From Polyangiaceae bacterium (GTDB lineage Bacteria; Myxococcota_A; Polyangia; Polyangiales; Polyangiaceae), in the NCBI GenBank assembly GCA_044222475.1, contig JBGANF010000184.1, positions 1 through 12,871 of the forward strand: a DNA stretch of 12,871 bases, given 5' to 3'. Shown here in pieces: positions 1 through 8,367 of this stretch; the stretch's first letter is position 1, and each line of letters starts with the position of its first letter. Position numbers and translations under genes: made by a program. The notes beneath the pieces were generated by a model that did not search any database, was not told the DNA's origin, and saw only the letters and a list, made by a program, of their open reading frames with translations.

Positions 1-71
1 AATCCGAGCACGTCGGCGAGCACGGCGCTCAAGCTTCGCGGAAGAAATGGCGGGGGGCACCCCATTCTCCC

Positions 72-113
72 TCTCCTGGTCGCTCTGCTGCTTCTCCTGG
101 TCCCTCGCCTGCC
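72..113. repeat. Imperfect 2 x 21-bp tandem repeat just downstream of the kinase stop
   Basis: tctcctggtcgctctgctgct (72-92) and tctcctggtccctcgcctgcc (93-113) match at 17/21 positions, with an identical 10-bp core TCTCCTGGTC. Confidence 0.55.
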
Positions 114-123
114 CCGCTGTCCG

Positions 124-3100
124 CTACTCCAGCGCCAACGTCTCCGCGACGACCTTCACCGCCAGCCAGTTGGCTCGATCCTCCGGCGCGAGGCCCTCGG
201 CGAACCGCAGCACCCGCGCGCGCGCGACGTCTCGCTCGTGTGCGGCGTCTTCGGTTCGTCCCACCGCCGCGAGCGCTCGCACCCGACACAGATGAAATCG
301 CGTGCGCGAAACCGGCATCAACGCGAACGGTCTTGCGAGGGCGTCATCCGTCGCCGCGAGCGCGCGCGGCGCATCGCCGAGCAGGAGCGCGCACTCGGCG
401 AGCAGCGAAAGGGCGATGGCGCGCTGAAAGAGCAGCGGCCCACAGTCCTCGGCCACCTTGGCCAGCGCCTCGATCGTCTCGCGCACCAGCGCGTGGTCCG
501 TCGGGTTGGCCAGGGCCGCGCTCGCGATGCAGTGCGCGCGGATCCACACGTCGAGGTGGCGCCACTCTCGGTTGCGTTGCTCCTTCATCAACGCTCGCGC
601 ATCGACGGGCGGGTCACCGAGCGCCGCCACGGTGGCCTTGCCGAGAAGCCAGAAGTCCGCGCTGGCGAACCCCTCGGAGAGCATCGCGCTGTGGGCGGCG
701 ATGAGCGCCCGCGCCTCCGCGATGGCGCCGAGCTCCGAGATGAGCGTCGGCACCGACTGCAGCACGAGCTGCTGCCTCGCGCGCGAGCCTTTCTCGAGAA
801 CCGCGCGAACGCCGCGCCGTTGATCCGCGAGCGCGCGAGGGTCGTCGTCGATCGCCATCACCCACGTCGTGAAGGAGTCGCGGATCGCGAGCCAACCGGG
901 CGGGGCGTTGGGGCCCGTGGCCATCTTCGTCATGAGGTCCAGCGCGTGGCGCGCCTCGTCGATCATGGCGACGTGAATCAGGGAGACACCGAGGATGGCG
1001 TGCGTCATCAAGTTCGCGAACGACGGCGGCGGCGAGACGTTCGCGGCGCGGAGCTCCTCGAACTCCGAGTGCAGATCGCCGGGGAACCCGAAGTGCACCA
1101 CCGCCCACAGGCGGCACGCCTTGAGCGCCGCCCACGCCGGCGTGCCGTGCGGGAACTCGCCACGCCGCAGCCGCTCGTCGATTCGGTGGACTTCGTCGAA
1201 GCGACCGAATGCCATCGACGAGTACATCGTGGCGAACGCAATCTCCGCGCGCAGCGCAGGATCGACGCCGTCGCGATCGACCCGCGGGGACATCGCCATG
1301 ACGGCGGTGTAGTCGCCGAGCTCTTCGAGCTGCATGATCGCTTTGTGGAGCCAGGGCGACGCGGCGTTCACGTCGTTGGCCTTCTCGAAGTGCGTGCCGA
1401 CCGTGGCCGGATCGCACCCGGGGCGCGCGGCGAGCCACTGGGCGGCGGCGCGATGGGCGCTCGCGCGGTCGTCGTCGGCCAGCATCTCGTAGGCAGCCTG
1501 ACGAACGAGCGAGTGACGGAAGGACCACTCGCCGCTCGCGTCGCCCTCGTCCGCCGGCGAGAGCACCAGCTCTTCGCGCCTCAGGCGGTCGAGCACGCTC
1601 GGCATCCCCTCGGTGCCGGTGCCGGCGCCGCAGACGGCTTCGAGCGCGGCAGGCTCGAACCGTTCGCCGAGCACGCTGGCCGCACGCAACACGCGGCGCA
1701 GCTCGCTCGGAAGCGCAGCCAGCCGCGCCTGCACCATCGCGACGGCGGAGCCAGGGAGACTCGCGAGCGAGTGGCCCGATCCGGCGTGACGCACGATCTC
1801 CTCGAGCAGAAACACGTTGCCGTCGGCGAGCTCGGCCGCTCGAGTGACGATCTCGGCGGACGCGTCGGGGCCGAGGAGCTGCCGCGCTAGCCGTTCCGAC
1901 GTGCGCTTGCCGAGCGGCGCGAGATCGATCACCTGCGCGTTCTTGAGCGTGAAGAGCGCGGGATGTTGGGTCTCGCCCTCGGGCCACGTCGTCACGAAGA
2001 GCAGCACCGGGGAATCACCGAGCTCGTTCCAGGCGGAGACGAGGAGCGAGATGCTCGAAGGATCGGCCCAGTGCAGATCCTCGAGCGCGAGGACGAGCGC
2101 GCCTTCGGCGCTCGCGCCGCGCAACCACGCGGCGAGCGCGGCCTCGAGCAGCTGTCGCATCGAGCGCGCGTCGGAGCGCGCGTCGGCGAGGGTCGGACTC
2201 GGCTCGGGCACGTCCACGTCGACGAGCTCGGCGAGAAACTCCAGCAGCGTTTCGGGCGAGGCCCCCGGGCGCGCGCCGGCGCGAAGCAGCGGCAGCGCCC
2301 GCTCGCGGAGCAGTGACCATCGCTCGGCGGGGGGGCGCTCGCCGAGGCCGAACGCCTCTTTCGCCCACGCGCGCAGCACCCCGAGCGCGGCCGACTGCGC
2401 GCCGACGTCGCAGCGAGCGACGAGCACCTTCACACCGTCGCGAGCGGCGGCGCGTGCGACGATCTCGCGTCGAACCCGCGACTTTCCGACGCCCGGCGGC
2501 GCACGCAACACGACGGCGCGTTGCGTTCCCTCGTCGAGACACTCGTCCAAGGTGCTCTCGATCAGCCGGAGCTCCTTGTCGCGTCCGAGGCACGGTGCGC
2601 TCCGTCCGAGGACGGTGCGCGGCTCGTCCCGATGTGGGACGAACGCGCGAAGGACCCACGTGTCGTCGATCTGCTCGACGACGAACTCGTTGCCGAGAAA
2701 CGCGACGGTGTTCGCGTCGACCTGAACGGCGTCCTCGATCTGCGACGTCGGCTTCGGCGAACGCGGGCTGACGGACGCGGCTCGCCCACGCAGCGCGCCC
2801 GCGCCGGACTCCGTGTGCGCGAGCGCGAGCGAGACGCGGAAGCCTAGGAGCGCGGTCGAAACGTCCAGCGCTGCGCGCGCCGCACGAGCGACGCGCTCTT
2901 GCACGGCGCTGCCTTGCGCGCAGAGGATCAACAGCGCGCCGCCGGCGAGCGGGGTGACGTCGCCGCCCCAGCGCTTCGCGATGGTTTCGCCGGTGCGCTG
3001 CGCGGCGGTCGCGTCCCCGTCGTGGTCGGGTGGCCAGGCCAACACGATCGCGACGGGTTGTCGCTCGACGCGAAGACCGGCCTGCGTGGTCCCGCCGGCC

Positions 3101-3957
3101 ATCATCGTGTCGTCGAGCTCGGCCGGGGTCGCGCCGAGCGCGTCGAGCGCTTCGAGGACGGCGGCCGCGCTCGCCGGGCGCTGATCGCGATCGGTGCGGA
3201 GCAGGCTCGCGATCAAGTCGTCGAGCCCCTCGGGAACGGCGGGTTGGCTCGCGCGCACGCGCGCGGAGTCGCCCATCATGATGCGCGCGAGGACGGCGCC
3301 GACGCTGTCGCCACCGAACGCCGGTTGACCGGTGAGGCACTCGTAGCCGACGCAGCCGAGGGCGAAGAGATCGACGCGGGCATCGATGCCTTTGGCGGTG
3401 GTTAGCTGCTCGGGTGCCATGTAGCCGACGGTTCCGACGATGGCGCCGGTGCGGGTGATGCCGCGCGTGATCCCTTCGCGGCGAGCGATGCCGAAGTCGA
3501 CGACGGTGGCGCCGGCGGGCAGGTTGCCGGCGAGGATGACGTTCGCGGGCTTCAGGTCGCGGTGCACGATGCCGCGCGCGTGCGCGGCGGCGAGCGCTTG
3601 GGCGATGCGGCGCATGACGGCGATGGTCGACGCGACGCCGAGCGGTCCGCGCTCGAGGACGCGGGAGAGGTCGGGGCCGTCGAGCCACTCCATCGCGAGG
3701 AACGGCGTGCCGCCCTCGGTGATGCCGTGCGCGACGTAGCCGACGATCGCGGGGTGCGACAGCGACGACAGGACGCGAGCCTCCAACGCGAAGCGCTCGG
3801 TCATCGACGCGTCGAAGGACGTGACGCACTTGAGGGCGACGGTGCGTCCGGTGGTGAGGTCTTGGGCGCGGAAGACTTGGCCCATGCCGCCTTGGCCGAC
3901 GGATTCGCCCAACGCGAACCGTCCGCTGATCGTCTCGCCGCCGTTCATCAGGATCAT
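124..3957 (-). CDS. Hanks-type Ser/Thr protein kinase fused to a degenerate cyclase-like region, an AAA/STAND-type P-loop ATPase and a C-terminal helical/TPR-like region
   Basis: Kinase motifs are GQGGMGQV, VALK, HRDLKPAN, DFG, GTVGYMAPE and DLFALG. Walker A is APPGVGKS and Walker B is LVLALEDLHWAD, followed by GNVFLLEE and FRHSLVRQAAY, typical of myxobacterial kinase-AAA proteins. Stop is TAG at 124-126. Start placed at ATG 3957 (alternative 3948); the ORF-track extension to 4062 runs over the divergent promoter region. Confidence 0.93.
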   Translation of the reverse strand: MILMNGGETISGRFALGESVGQGGMGQVFRAQDLTTGRTVALKCVTSFDASMTERFALEARVLSSLSHPAIVGYVAHGITEGGTPFLAMEWLDGPDLSRVLERGPLGVASTIAVMRRIAQALAAAHARGIVHRDLKPANVILAGNLPAGATVVDFGIARREGITRGITRTGAIVGTVGYMAPEQLTTAKGIDARVDLFALGCVGYECLTGQPAFGGDSVGAVLARIMMGDSARVRASQPAVPEGLDDLIASLLRTDRDQRPASAAAVLEALDALGATPAELDDTMMAGGTTQAGLRVERQPVAIVLAWPPDHDGDATAAQRTGETIAKRWGGDVTPLAGGALLILCAQGSAVQERVARAARAALDVSTALLGFRVSLALAHTESGAGALRGRAASVSPRSPKPTSQIEDAVQVDANTVAFLGNEFVVEQIDDTWVLRAFVPHRDEPRTVLGRSAPCLGRDKELRLIESTLDECLDEGTQRAVVLRAPPGVGKSRVRREIVARAAARDGVKVLVARCDVGAQSAALGVLRAWAKEAFGLGERPPAERWSLLRERALPLLRAGARPGASPETLLEFLAELVDVDVPEPSPTLADARSDARSMRQLLEAALAAWLRGASAEGALVLALEDLHWADPSSISLLVSAWNELGDSPVLLFVTTWPEGETQHPALFTLKNAQVIDLAPLGKRTSERLARQLLGPDASAEIVTRAAELADGNVFLLEEIVRHAGSGHSLASLPGSAVAMVQARLAALPSELRRVLRAASVLGERFEPAALEAVCGAGTGTEGMPSVLDRLRREELVLSPADEGDASGEWSFRHSLVRQAAYEMLADDDRASAHRAAAQWLAARPGCDPATVGTHFEKANDVNAASPWLHKAIMQLEELGDYTAVMAMSPRVDRDGVDPALRAEIAFATMYSSMAFGRFDEVHRIDERLRRGEFPHGTPAWAALKACRLWAVVHFGFPGDLHSEFEELRAANVSPPPSFANLMTHAILGVSLIHVAMIDEARHALDLMTKMATGPNAPPGWLAIRDSFTTWVMAIDDDPRALADQRRGVRAVLEKGSRARQQLVLQSVPTLISELGAIAEARALIAAHSAMLSEGFASADFWLLGKATVAALGDPPVDARALMKEQRNREWRHLDVWIRAHCIASAALANPTDHALVRETIEALAKVAEDCGPLLFQRAIALSLLAECALLLGDAPRALAATDDALARPFALMPVSRTRFHLCRVRALAAVGRTEDAAHERDVARARVLRFAEGLAPEDRANWLAVKVVAETLALE

Positions 3958-3990
3958 GGACGATATCGTCTTTCTCGAGCCGGATGGGGT

Positions 3991-4025
3991 GTGACGAAGC
4001 TGGCGCGCGAGTGACAGTTCTGGCA
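3991..4025 (+). promoter_or_regulatory. Tandem candidate enhancer (upstream activator) sites, GTGAC-N5-TGGC x2
   Basis: gtgacgaagctggcg (3991-4005) and gtgacagttctggca (4011-4025) have a 20-bp period. They start 78 and 58 bp upstream of the GG of the sigma54-like promoter at 4069. Confidence 0.5.
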
Positions 4026-4067
4026 GCGTCGCTCGAGGTGCACCGCGTGAATCCCGGGACAAGACGG

Positions 4068-4083
4068 TGGCACGCTTGGTGCT
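4068..4083 (+). promoter_or_regulatory. Sigma54 (RpoN) -24/-12 promoter candidate for the lipoprotein gene
   Basis: TGGCACG-CTTG-GTGCT versus consensus TGGCACG-N4-TTGCW (1 mismatch). GG(4069-70)-N10-GC(4081-82); ATG follows at 4102. Confidence 0.7.
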
Positions 4084-4101
4084 GATGCACTCGACCTACC
4101 C

Positions 4102-4995
4102 ATGAGACCTCGCGCCCTCTTCGTCCTCGCGTCTTCGTCGTTTCTCGTTGCCGTCGCGTGCCGAGGCTCGTCGAGCGATACCGCGCCGAGCTCCCCTTCA
4201 TCGGCGAGCGCGGCCAAGAGCGTGCGCATCATGCCTGCGCCTCCGCCCGAGTCGTCTGCGCCGTTGCCGCCGCCGTTCACCGGTGCGCTGACGGTCGAGC
4301 TCGTGCAGTCGGCGAAGGGATCGCTCCCGGCGCCGAAGGGGCTGCGCGAGGCGCTGGGAGATCTCGAGGCGAAGCTCGGTCCGCCAACGCGCACGCGGCA
4401 AGGCACGACGATCGGGCCGAAGCGCACCTGGTACGACTGGGCCGCGGCGAACGCGACGACGTGCGCGACGTACGGCGCGGTCGAGCAGCCGAACATGCTG
4501 CCGGGTTGGCCGAGCAAGCTCGTCGACGATCACGCGACGTCGGTGACGATCCCGGCGCACGTGATCGACGATCCGGCGGCGAAGGGTGCGACGGCGAGCG
4601 TCTACGCGGATTGGCGGAGCGTGGCGGAGTGCTTCGAGGTGATGGGGAAGAAGATGCCGCTGCCGCCTGATGATCCGAAGGGAAAGGCGCCGGGCGTGAC
4701 GATCACGCACGCGGCGTTGAAGCAGGGGCTGTACCTGGCGCCGAGTCGTTGGATCGGGAAGACGGTGACGGTGCGAGGGACGCTGCAGGGTGCGTTCGGG
4801 ACGGTGCTGCGGATCGAAGCGGCGGGAGAGACGGAGAAGGGCGCGACGATCGACTGCAAGGTGCCGGCCGGAGAGAAGGCGGTGGGGCCGAAGAAGGATG
4901 CGGAGCCGATCGCGGTGACGGGGGTGGTGGCCGATCCGAGAGAGCCGGTGGAAGGCGACGTGGGGGAGCTGGTGGACTGCAAGCCGGCCAAGTGA
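4102..4995 (+). CDS. Predicted exported lipoprotein with Ser/Pro linker and possible C-terminal OB-fold (tRNA_anti-like) domain
   Basis: Basic N-terminus MRPR, hydrophobic stretch and lipobox-like VAVA-C, then a Ser/Pro-rich linker. The C-terminal 'WIGKTVTVRGTL...IDC...IAVTGVV' resembles extracytoplasmic OB-fold domains. Strong G/C third-position codon bias. Confidence 0.75.
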   Translation: MRPRALFVLASSSFLVAVACRGSSSDTAPSSPSSASAAKSVRIMPAPPPESSAPLPPPFTGALTVELVQSAKGSLPAPKGLREALGDLEAKLGPPTRTRQGTTIGPKRTWYDWAAANATTCATYGAVEQPNMLPGWPSKLVDDHATSVTIPAHVIDDPAAKGATASVYADWRSVAECFEVMGKKMPLPPDDPKGKAPGVTITHAALKQGLYLAPSRWIGKTVTVRGTLQGAFGTVLRIEAAGETEKGATIDCKVPAGEKAVGPKKDAEPIAVTGVVADPREPVEGDVGELVDCKPAK

Positions 4996-4998
4996 CGA

Positions 4999-5919
4999 CT
5001 ACGCCTTGTTCCGCTGCGTCCAGAGATGGAAGTCGACGGAGAGCCCCGACATGAGCTCGTGGACGGTCTTTCGGGTGGCGTCTTCGTAGGCGCTTCCGCG
5101 AAAGGCGAGCGCGCCGCCCGTCTGCGCGTGGATGGCCTCGGCGGTGAGCACCACGGCGGGCGCGATGCGCGAGAACGCCGCGTGGCCGTGAGCCGGCCAC
5201 ACCTGCCATCGGCCGTCGGGCCGGTGGAGAATCTTGGCGAGTCGCTTCTGGTCGGTCTTGCCGACGACGTAGAGCGCGTCGTCTCGGCCGGGCTCACGAA
5301 CGCAGGACTCCATCGCGTCGACGAGCTCCACGACGTTCGCGCTGCCGATCGTGCGCTCGGGTTGCACGTGAAAGACGAGGAGCTCGGAGACGACGTCGAT
5401 CGGACCGAGCGGATACTCGAGCGGCGCGCGGACTTCGGCGTCGAGCATTTGAAGCGTCGACTTGAACGTCTGCGCTTGGAGAGCCACGTAGTCTCCGTCG
5501 GGGTCGAGGAGCGCGTCGATGTTCGACGACGTGACCTCCGTGCGTCGGACCTCTTCGAAGAGGCGCGCGCCGAGCGCACCGGCGATGCGGAGGCCCTGGT
5601 CGAACATGTCGGCGAAGTTCCGCAGGAAGCGGTGGTTGGAGTAGCTGGCCGAGAGGACGACGTTGCCCTGATCCCATCGAGTGACGAACCAGGGATCGCC
5701 GTCGGGGTAGCGGACCCACCACGTCGAGTCGTCGCGACGCGTGCAGGGTGCACCTTCCATCGTCTTCGCGAGATCGTCGAGCGAGATCGGATTCGGATCT
5801 TCCGCGGGCGGAGGAGGAGGAGTCTTCCCGATCAGCCGAGCGAGGAAGCCGGGCTTGGAGGCCGAGGCGCGGAGCTCGGGGTAGGGAGTCGTACGACTGA
5901 CGTGAAGATCGAACGGCAC
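4999..5919 (-). CDS. Hypothetical protein (306 aa), possibly two tandem copies of one alpha/beta domain
   Basis: GTG start preceded by GAGGT, GC3-biased codons and a globular amino-acid composition. It converges on the lipoprotein gene with a 3-bp gap. Confidence 0.8.
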   Translation of the reverse strand: MPFDLHVSRTTPYPELRASASKPGFLARLIGKTPPPPPAEDPNPISLDDLAKTMEGAPCTRRDDSTWWVRYPDGDPWFVTRWDQGNVVLSASYSNHRFLRNFADMFDQGLRIAGALGARLFEEVRRTEVTSSNIDALLDPDGDYVALQAQTFKSTLQMLDAEVRAPLEYPLGPIDVVSELLVFHVQPERTIGSANVVELVDAMESCVREPGRDDALYVVGKTDQKRLAKILHRPDGRWQVWPAHGHAAFSRIAPAVVLTAEAIHAQTGGALAFRGSAYEDATRKTVHELMSGLSVDFHLWTQRNKA

Positions 5920-5962
5920 GAGTACCTCGTCGTTTTCATGACTGCTGGTGGGTGTCGACGCG

Positions 5963-6448
5963 TCAGAAGAAGCGAAAGCCGGTCGCTTCGAGGGTGGTCT
6001 CGATGCCGGAATCGAGGTCGGTGACGTAGTTGGTGTCGTGGATCGAGAAGAATCCCCGAAGCTCTGGAGCGACGACGCGCGCTTCCTTCCAAGCGTCGAT
6101 GAACCACGGCTCGAACAGCGAGAACTGGAGCTCCATGATCGAGTCGAGGTCGGCGGCGGCGCCTTCCTGAACGCACGCTTCGATCGCGGGATCGAACGGT
6201 GGGTTCACCGCGGACATGACGATGCCGAGACCGCAGTAGCCGCGCGTGCGACTCAGGGCACATGCGACGAGAGAGAAGTCGTCGCTCGCGTAGACGAAGT
6301 GAATGGCGTCGACGTCGCTCGGACTGAACCCTGGCTTGAAGCGACATGCGCGCTCCGAAAGGATCGTGCGAATGCTCGCGATCAACGTCGCGCGTTTGCG
6401 GGCGAGGCACTCCGCGCACTCGGCGGCGACGTCGGGAGGAACGGCCAC
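5963..6448 (-). CDS. Hypothetical protein (about 161 aa)
   Basis: GAGGAG lies 5 nt upstream of GTG 6448, a better spacing than the ORF-track start at 6454. Natural composition with an aromatic motif WFIDAWKEA...GFFSIHD...DLD. Sits 43 bp upstream of the next minus-strand gene. Confidence 0.7.
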   Translation of the reverse strand: MAVPPDVAAECAECLARKRATLIASIRTILSERACRFKPGFSPSDVDAIHFVYASDDFSLVACALSRTRGYCGLGIVMSAVNPPFDPAIEACVQEGAAADLDSIMELQFSLFEPWFIDAWKEARVVAPELRGFFSIHDTNYVTDLDSGIETTLEATGFRFF

Positions 6449-6549
6449 GCTCACTCCTCGTCACAGAAGACGCTCGCGCGCTTCCTGGCGTTCGGGTTGG
6501 ACCCGTGACTCACCGTCCGAGTGTACATCGACTGCTTGTTGGCGGCGGG

Positions 6550-6585
6550 GTGGCGCGTCGCCGGCACGAAGTGGCGCGCGCCACG
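6550..6585 (+). promoter_or_regulatory. Tandem palindromic candidate enhancer/operator sites GTGGCG-N2/3-CGCC(AC)
   Basis: gtggcgcgtcgcc (6550-6562) and the perfect palindrome gtggcgcgcgccac (6571-6584) have a 21-bp period. A closely similar block occurs at 9091-9126. Confidence 0.65.
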
Positions 6586-6627
6586 CCCGTGTTGGCAGAT
6601 CGTTCGAGAGAGTCGCTGGATCCATGT

Positions 6628-6643
6628 CGGCACGACGACTGCA
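6628..6643 (+). promoter_or_regulatory. Sigma54 -24/-12 promoter candidate for the Uma2 (and DUF429) genes
   Basis: CGGCACG-ACGA-CTGCA, with GG(6629-30)-N10-GC(6641-42) and 2 mismatches to TGGCACG-N4-TTGCW. Confidence 0.6.
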
Positions 6644-6688
6644 ATGTCAGGTCGTGCGACGAAGCCACTCGAACGAAAGCGAGCTACG

Positions 6689-7465
6689 ATGATCTCCACC
6701 ATGTCTCCGGCGATCGAGTACGTGCGCGCGCCTCGTCCGGTTCGCTTCCTCGCGAGCGATCCGGAGTGGGAGATGGGCCAGTCGACGCGACACTTCAAGC
6801 TGTGCGTGTACCTCTGGGAGACGCTGCGTCGCGTGGTCGGGCCGGGTTCGACCGTCGGGGCCGACAACTTCGTCTACTACGACGGTGCGGATGCCGATCG
6901 AAAGTGCGCGCCCGACGCGTTCGTGCGGGTCGGCGTGCCTGCCGCCGAGTTCTCCTCGTGGAAGACGTGGGAGAGCGGCACCCCGGAGCTCTGCATCGAG
7001 ATCCTCAGTCCGAGCGACACCGCGGAGTTTCTGAGCCTCGCGAAAAAGCTCGAGGCGTTTCACTCGATGGGCGTGCGCGAGGTGATCTGCTTCGACGTCG
7101 ACGCGCCCGAAGGCACGCGGCTTCGCGCGTGGGATCGCGTGGACGGAGACTTGGTCGAGCGCATCGTCCGGGGGGAGCGCACTCCATGCGTGACTCTCGG
7201 AAAGTGGTTCCATGTCGCGCGGCTCGGCGATCTCCCGAGTGCGCTGGCGATCGCCGATGACGAAGCGGGCAACGGCATGGTGCTCACTCACGCCGAGGCG
7301 AACGCGGCGCTCGAGGTTGCTCTTGCCAGAGCCGAAGCCCGGGCACGTTCGGCCGAGGCGAGGGCGAACGTCGAGGCGACGGCGCGCGAGCTCGAAGCCG
7401 AGGCTCGCCGAGCGGCAGAGGCGCGCATTCGGGAGCTCGAAGAGGAGCTTCGAGCGAAGGGCTAG
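6689..7465 (+). CDS. Uma2 family (DUF820) restriction-endonuclease-fold protein with C-terminal coiled-coil tail
   Basis: Motifs H(FKL), APDAFV, WKTWESGTPELCIEILSPSD and KLEAFHSMGVREVICFD, plus the EAEARRAAEARIRELEEELR tail typical of cyanobacterial and myxobacterial Uma2 proteins. Start is ATG 6689 or 6701. Confidence 0.9.
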   Translation: MISTMSPAIEYVRAPRPVRFLASDPEWEMGQSTRHFKLCVYLWETLRRVVGPGSTVGADNFVYYDGADADRKCAPDAFVRVGVPAAEFSSWKTWESGTPELCIEILSPSDTAEFLSLAKKLEAFHSMGVREVICFDVDAPEGTRLRAWDRVDGDLVERIVRGERTPCVTLGKWFHVARLGDLPSALAIADDEAGNGMVLTHAEANAALEVALARAEARARSAEARANVEATARELEAEARRAAEARIRELEEELRAKG

Positions 7466-7499
7466 GTCGATCCACTACGGGATCGGCGATACTCCGCGC

Positions 7500-8291
7500 A
7501 TGGCGAGGTCCATCTATGGCATCGACATCGCTCGCGGTGCTTGGGCAACCGTCTGTCTCGTCGACGGTTCGCTGCGGCTCCCACCGCGGGGCGAGCTCGT
7601 AGATTACGCCGAGCTCGGCGGTCGTCTCCGTCGGGGTGACGTCGCGGTGATCGACATCCCGATCGGCCTATTGAACGCGCGGAGCGGAACTGGCGATCGC
7701 GCGGTCGATCGAGGGTGCCGCAAGTGGTGCTCGAGTGGGAGCTCCGTCTTCCCTCCGCCGACGAAAGCCCAGCTGGCGATCGCGCTTCGAGGGAAGCGAC
7801 CGAAGGGCCTCACGGTGCAGACGTTTGGAATCTGCAACGCCATCGAGAGCGCCAGCGTCGCTCGCACGTCGGGAGCCGAGATCTTCGAGAGCCACCCGGA
7901 GGTCGTCTTCTCCGCGCTGGCGAAGCGTCGTATCTCCGCTCCCAAGAAGACGCTCCGGGGCGTCCTGGACCGAGCCGCGTTGCTCGAGACCCGCGTATCC
8001 TTCGACATCCTCGCGTGGGTTCTCGAAATGGAGAGCACGCACAGCGGCGCGCTCGCGAACGATTGGCTCGATGCCCTCGCGATGGCTGTCGTCGCGAAGG
8101 ACTGGGCGGAGCGCAAACGAGCAGTCGTCTCTGGCGAAACCGGCGACGTCGTTCCCTGGAGAAAGGGAATGACGGAGTTCGTGGCGATGCCCGATGGTTC
8201 TCCGCCAGGTCCCCCGCAATCGCGCCGGGACCCACCGACGGCTGCCCTCGTGGCCCCGTTGCGAGCTCGACCAGTCATGCAGAGCAGCTGA
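7500..8291 (+). CDS. DUF429 family predicted nuclease (RNase H-like fold)
   Basis: Motifs YGIDIARGAW, AVIDIPIGL, DRAVDR, SSVFPPP, FESHPEVVF and DWLDALAMA. ATG 7500 is 34 bp after the Uma2 stop. Codon usage is visibly less GC3-biased than the kinase. Confidence 0.85.
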   Translation: MARSIYGIDIARGAWATVCLVDGSLRLPPRGELVDYAELGGRLRRGDVAVIDIPIGLLNARSGTGDRAVDRGCRKWCSSGSSVFPPPTKAQLAIALRGKRPKGLTVQTFGICNAIESASVARTSGAEIFESHPEVVFSALAKRRISAPKKTLRGVLDRAALLETRVSFDILAWVLEMESTHSGALANDWLDALAMAVVAKDWAERKRAVVSGETGDVVPWRKGMTEFVAMPDGSPPGPPQSRRDPPTAALVAPLRARPVMQSS

Positions 8292-8324
8292 GCGCGGGCG
8301 GCGCGACGGCAGCGGGTGCCCGGT

Positions 8325-8365
8325 GTCGCCAACGTTGGCGGCGCCCGTCGCCAACGTTGGCGGCG
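8325..8365. repeat. Two identical 19-bp direct repeats, each containing the perfect palindrome CGCCAACGTTGGCG, between convergent genes
   Basis: gtcgccaacgttggcggcg occurs at 8325-8343 and 8347-8365 (22-bp period, ccc spacer). The array ends 2 bp before the stop codon of the 8368-9060 gene. Confidence 0.9.
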
Positions 8366-8367
8366 TC

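Noticed and set aside
1..66. Possible minus-strand gene start (ATG at 66 after GGAGAGGGAG, reading MGCPPPFLPRSLSAVLADVLG) running off the left edge
   Set aside because: Too little sequence to support a CDS call.
238..4201. Long overlapping ORFs (238-1890 +, 614-1987 -, 2015-4201 - and others)
   Set aside because: These are Arg/Ala/Pro-rich shadow frames of the GC-rich kinase gene with no recognisable motifs. The same applies to 4602-5753, 5026-6024, 7715-8785, 8594-9901 and 10458-11579 over other genes.
4600..4995. Strong G/purine skew in the 3' part of the lipoprotein gene
   Set aside because: Explained by G-ending synonymous codons and Lys/Glu/Gly/Val content. No repeat unit or structure was found.
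7290..7465. Repetitive EAEAR/ARA sequence at the end of Uma2
   Set aside because: This is the ordinary coiled-coil tail of the family, not a DNA repeat element.
8325..8365. CRISPR array
   Set aside because: Only two 19-bp repeats separated by 3 bp, with no spacers and no cas genes.
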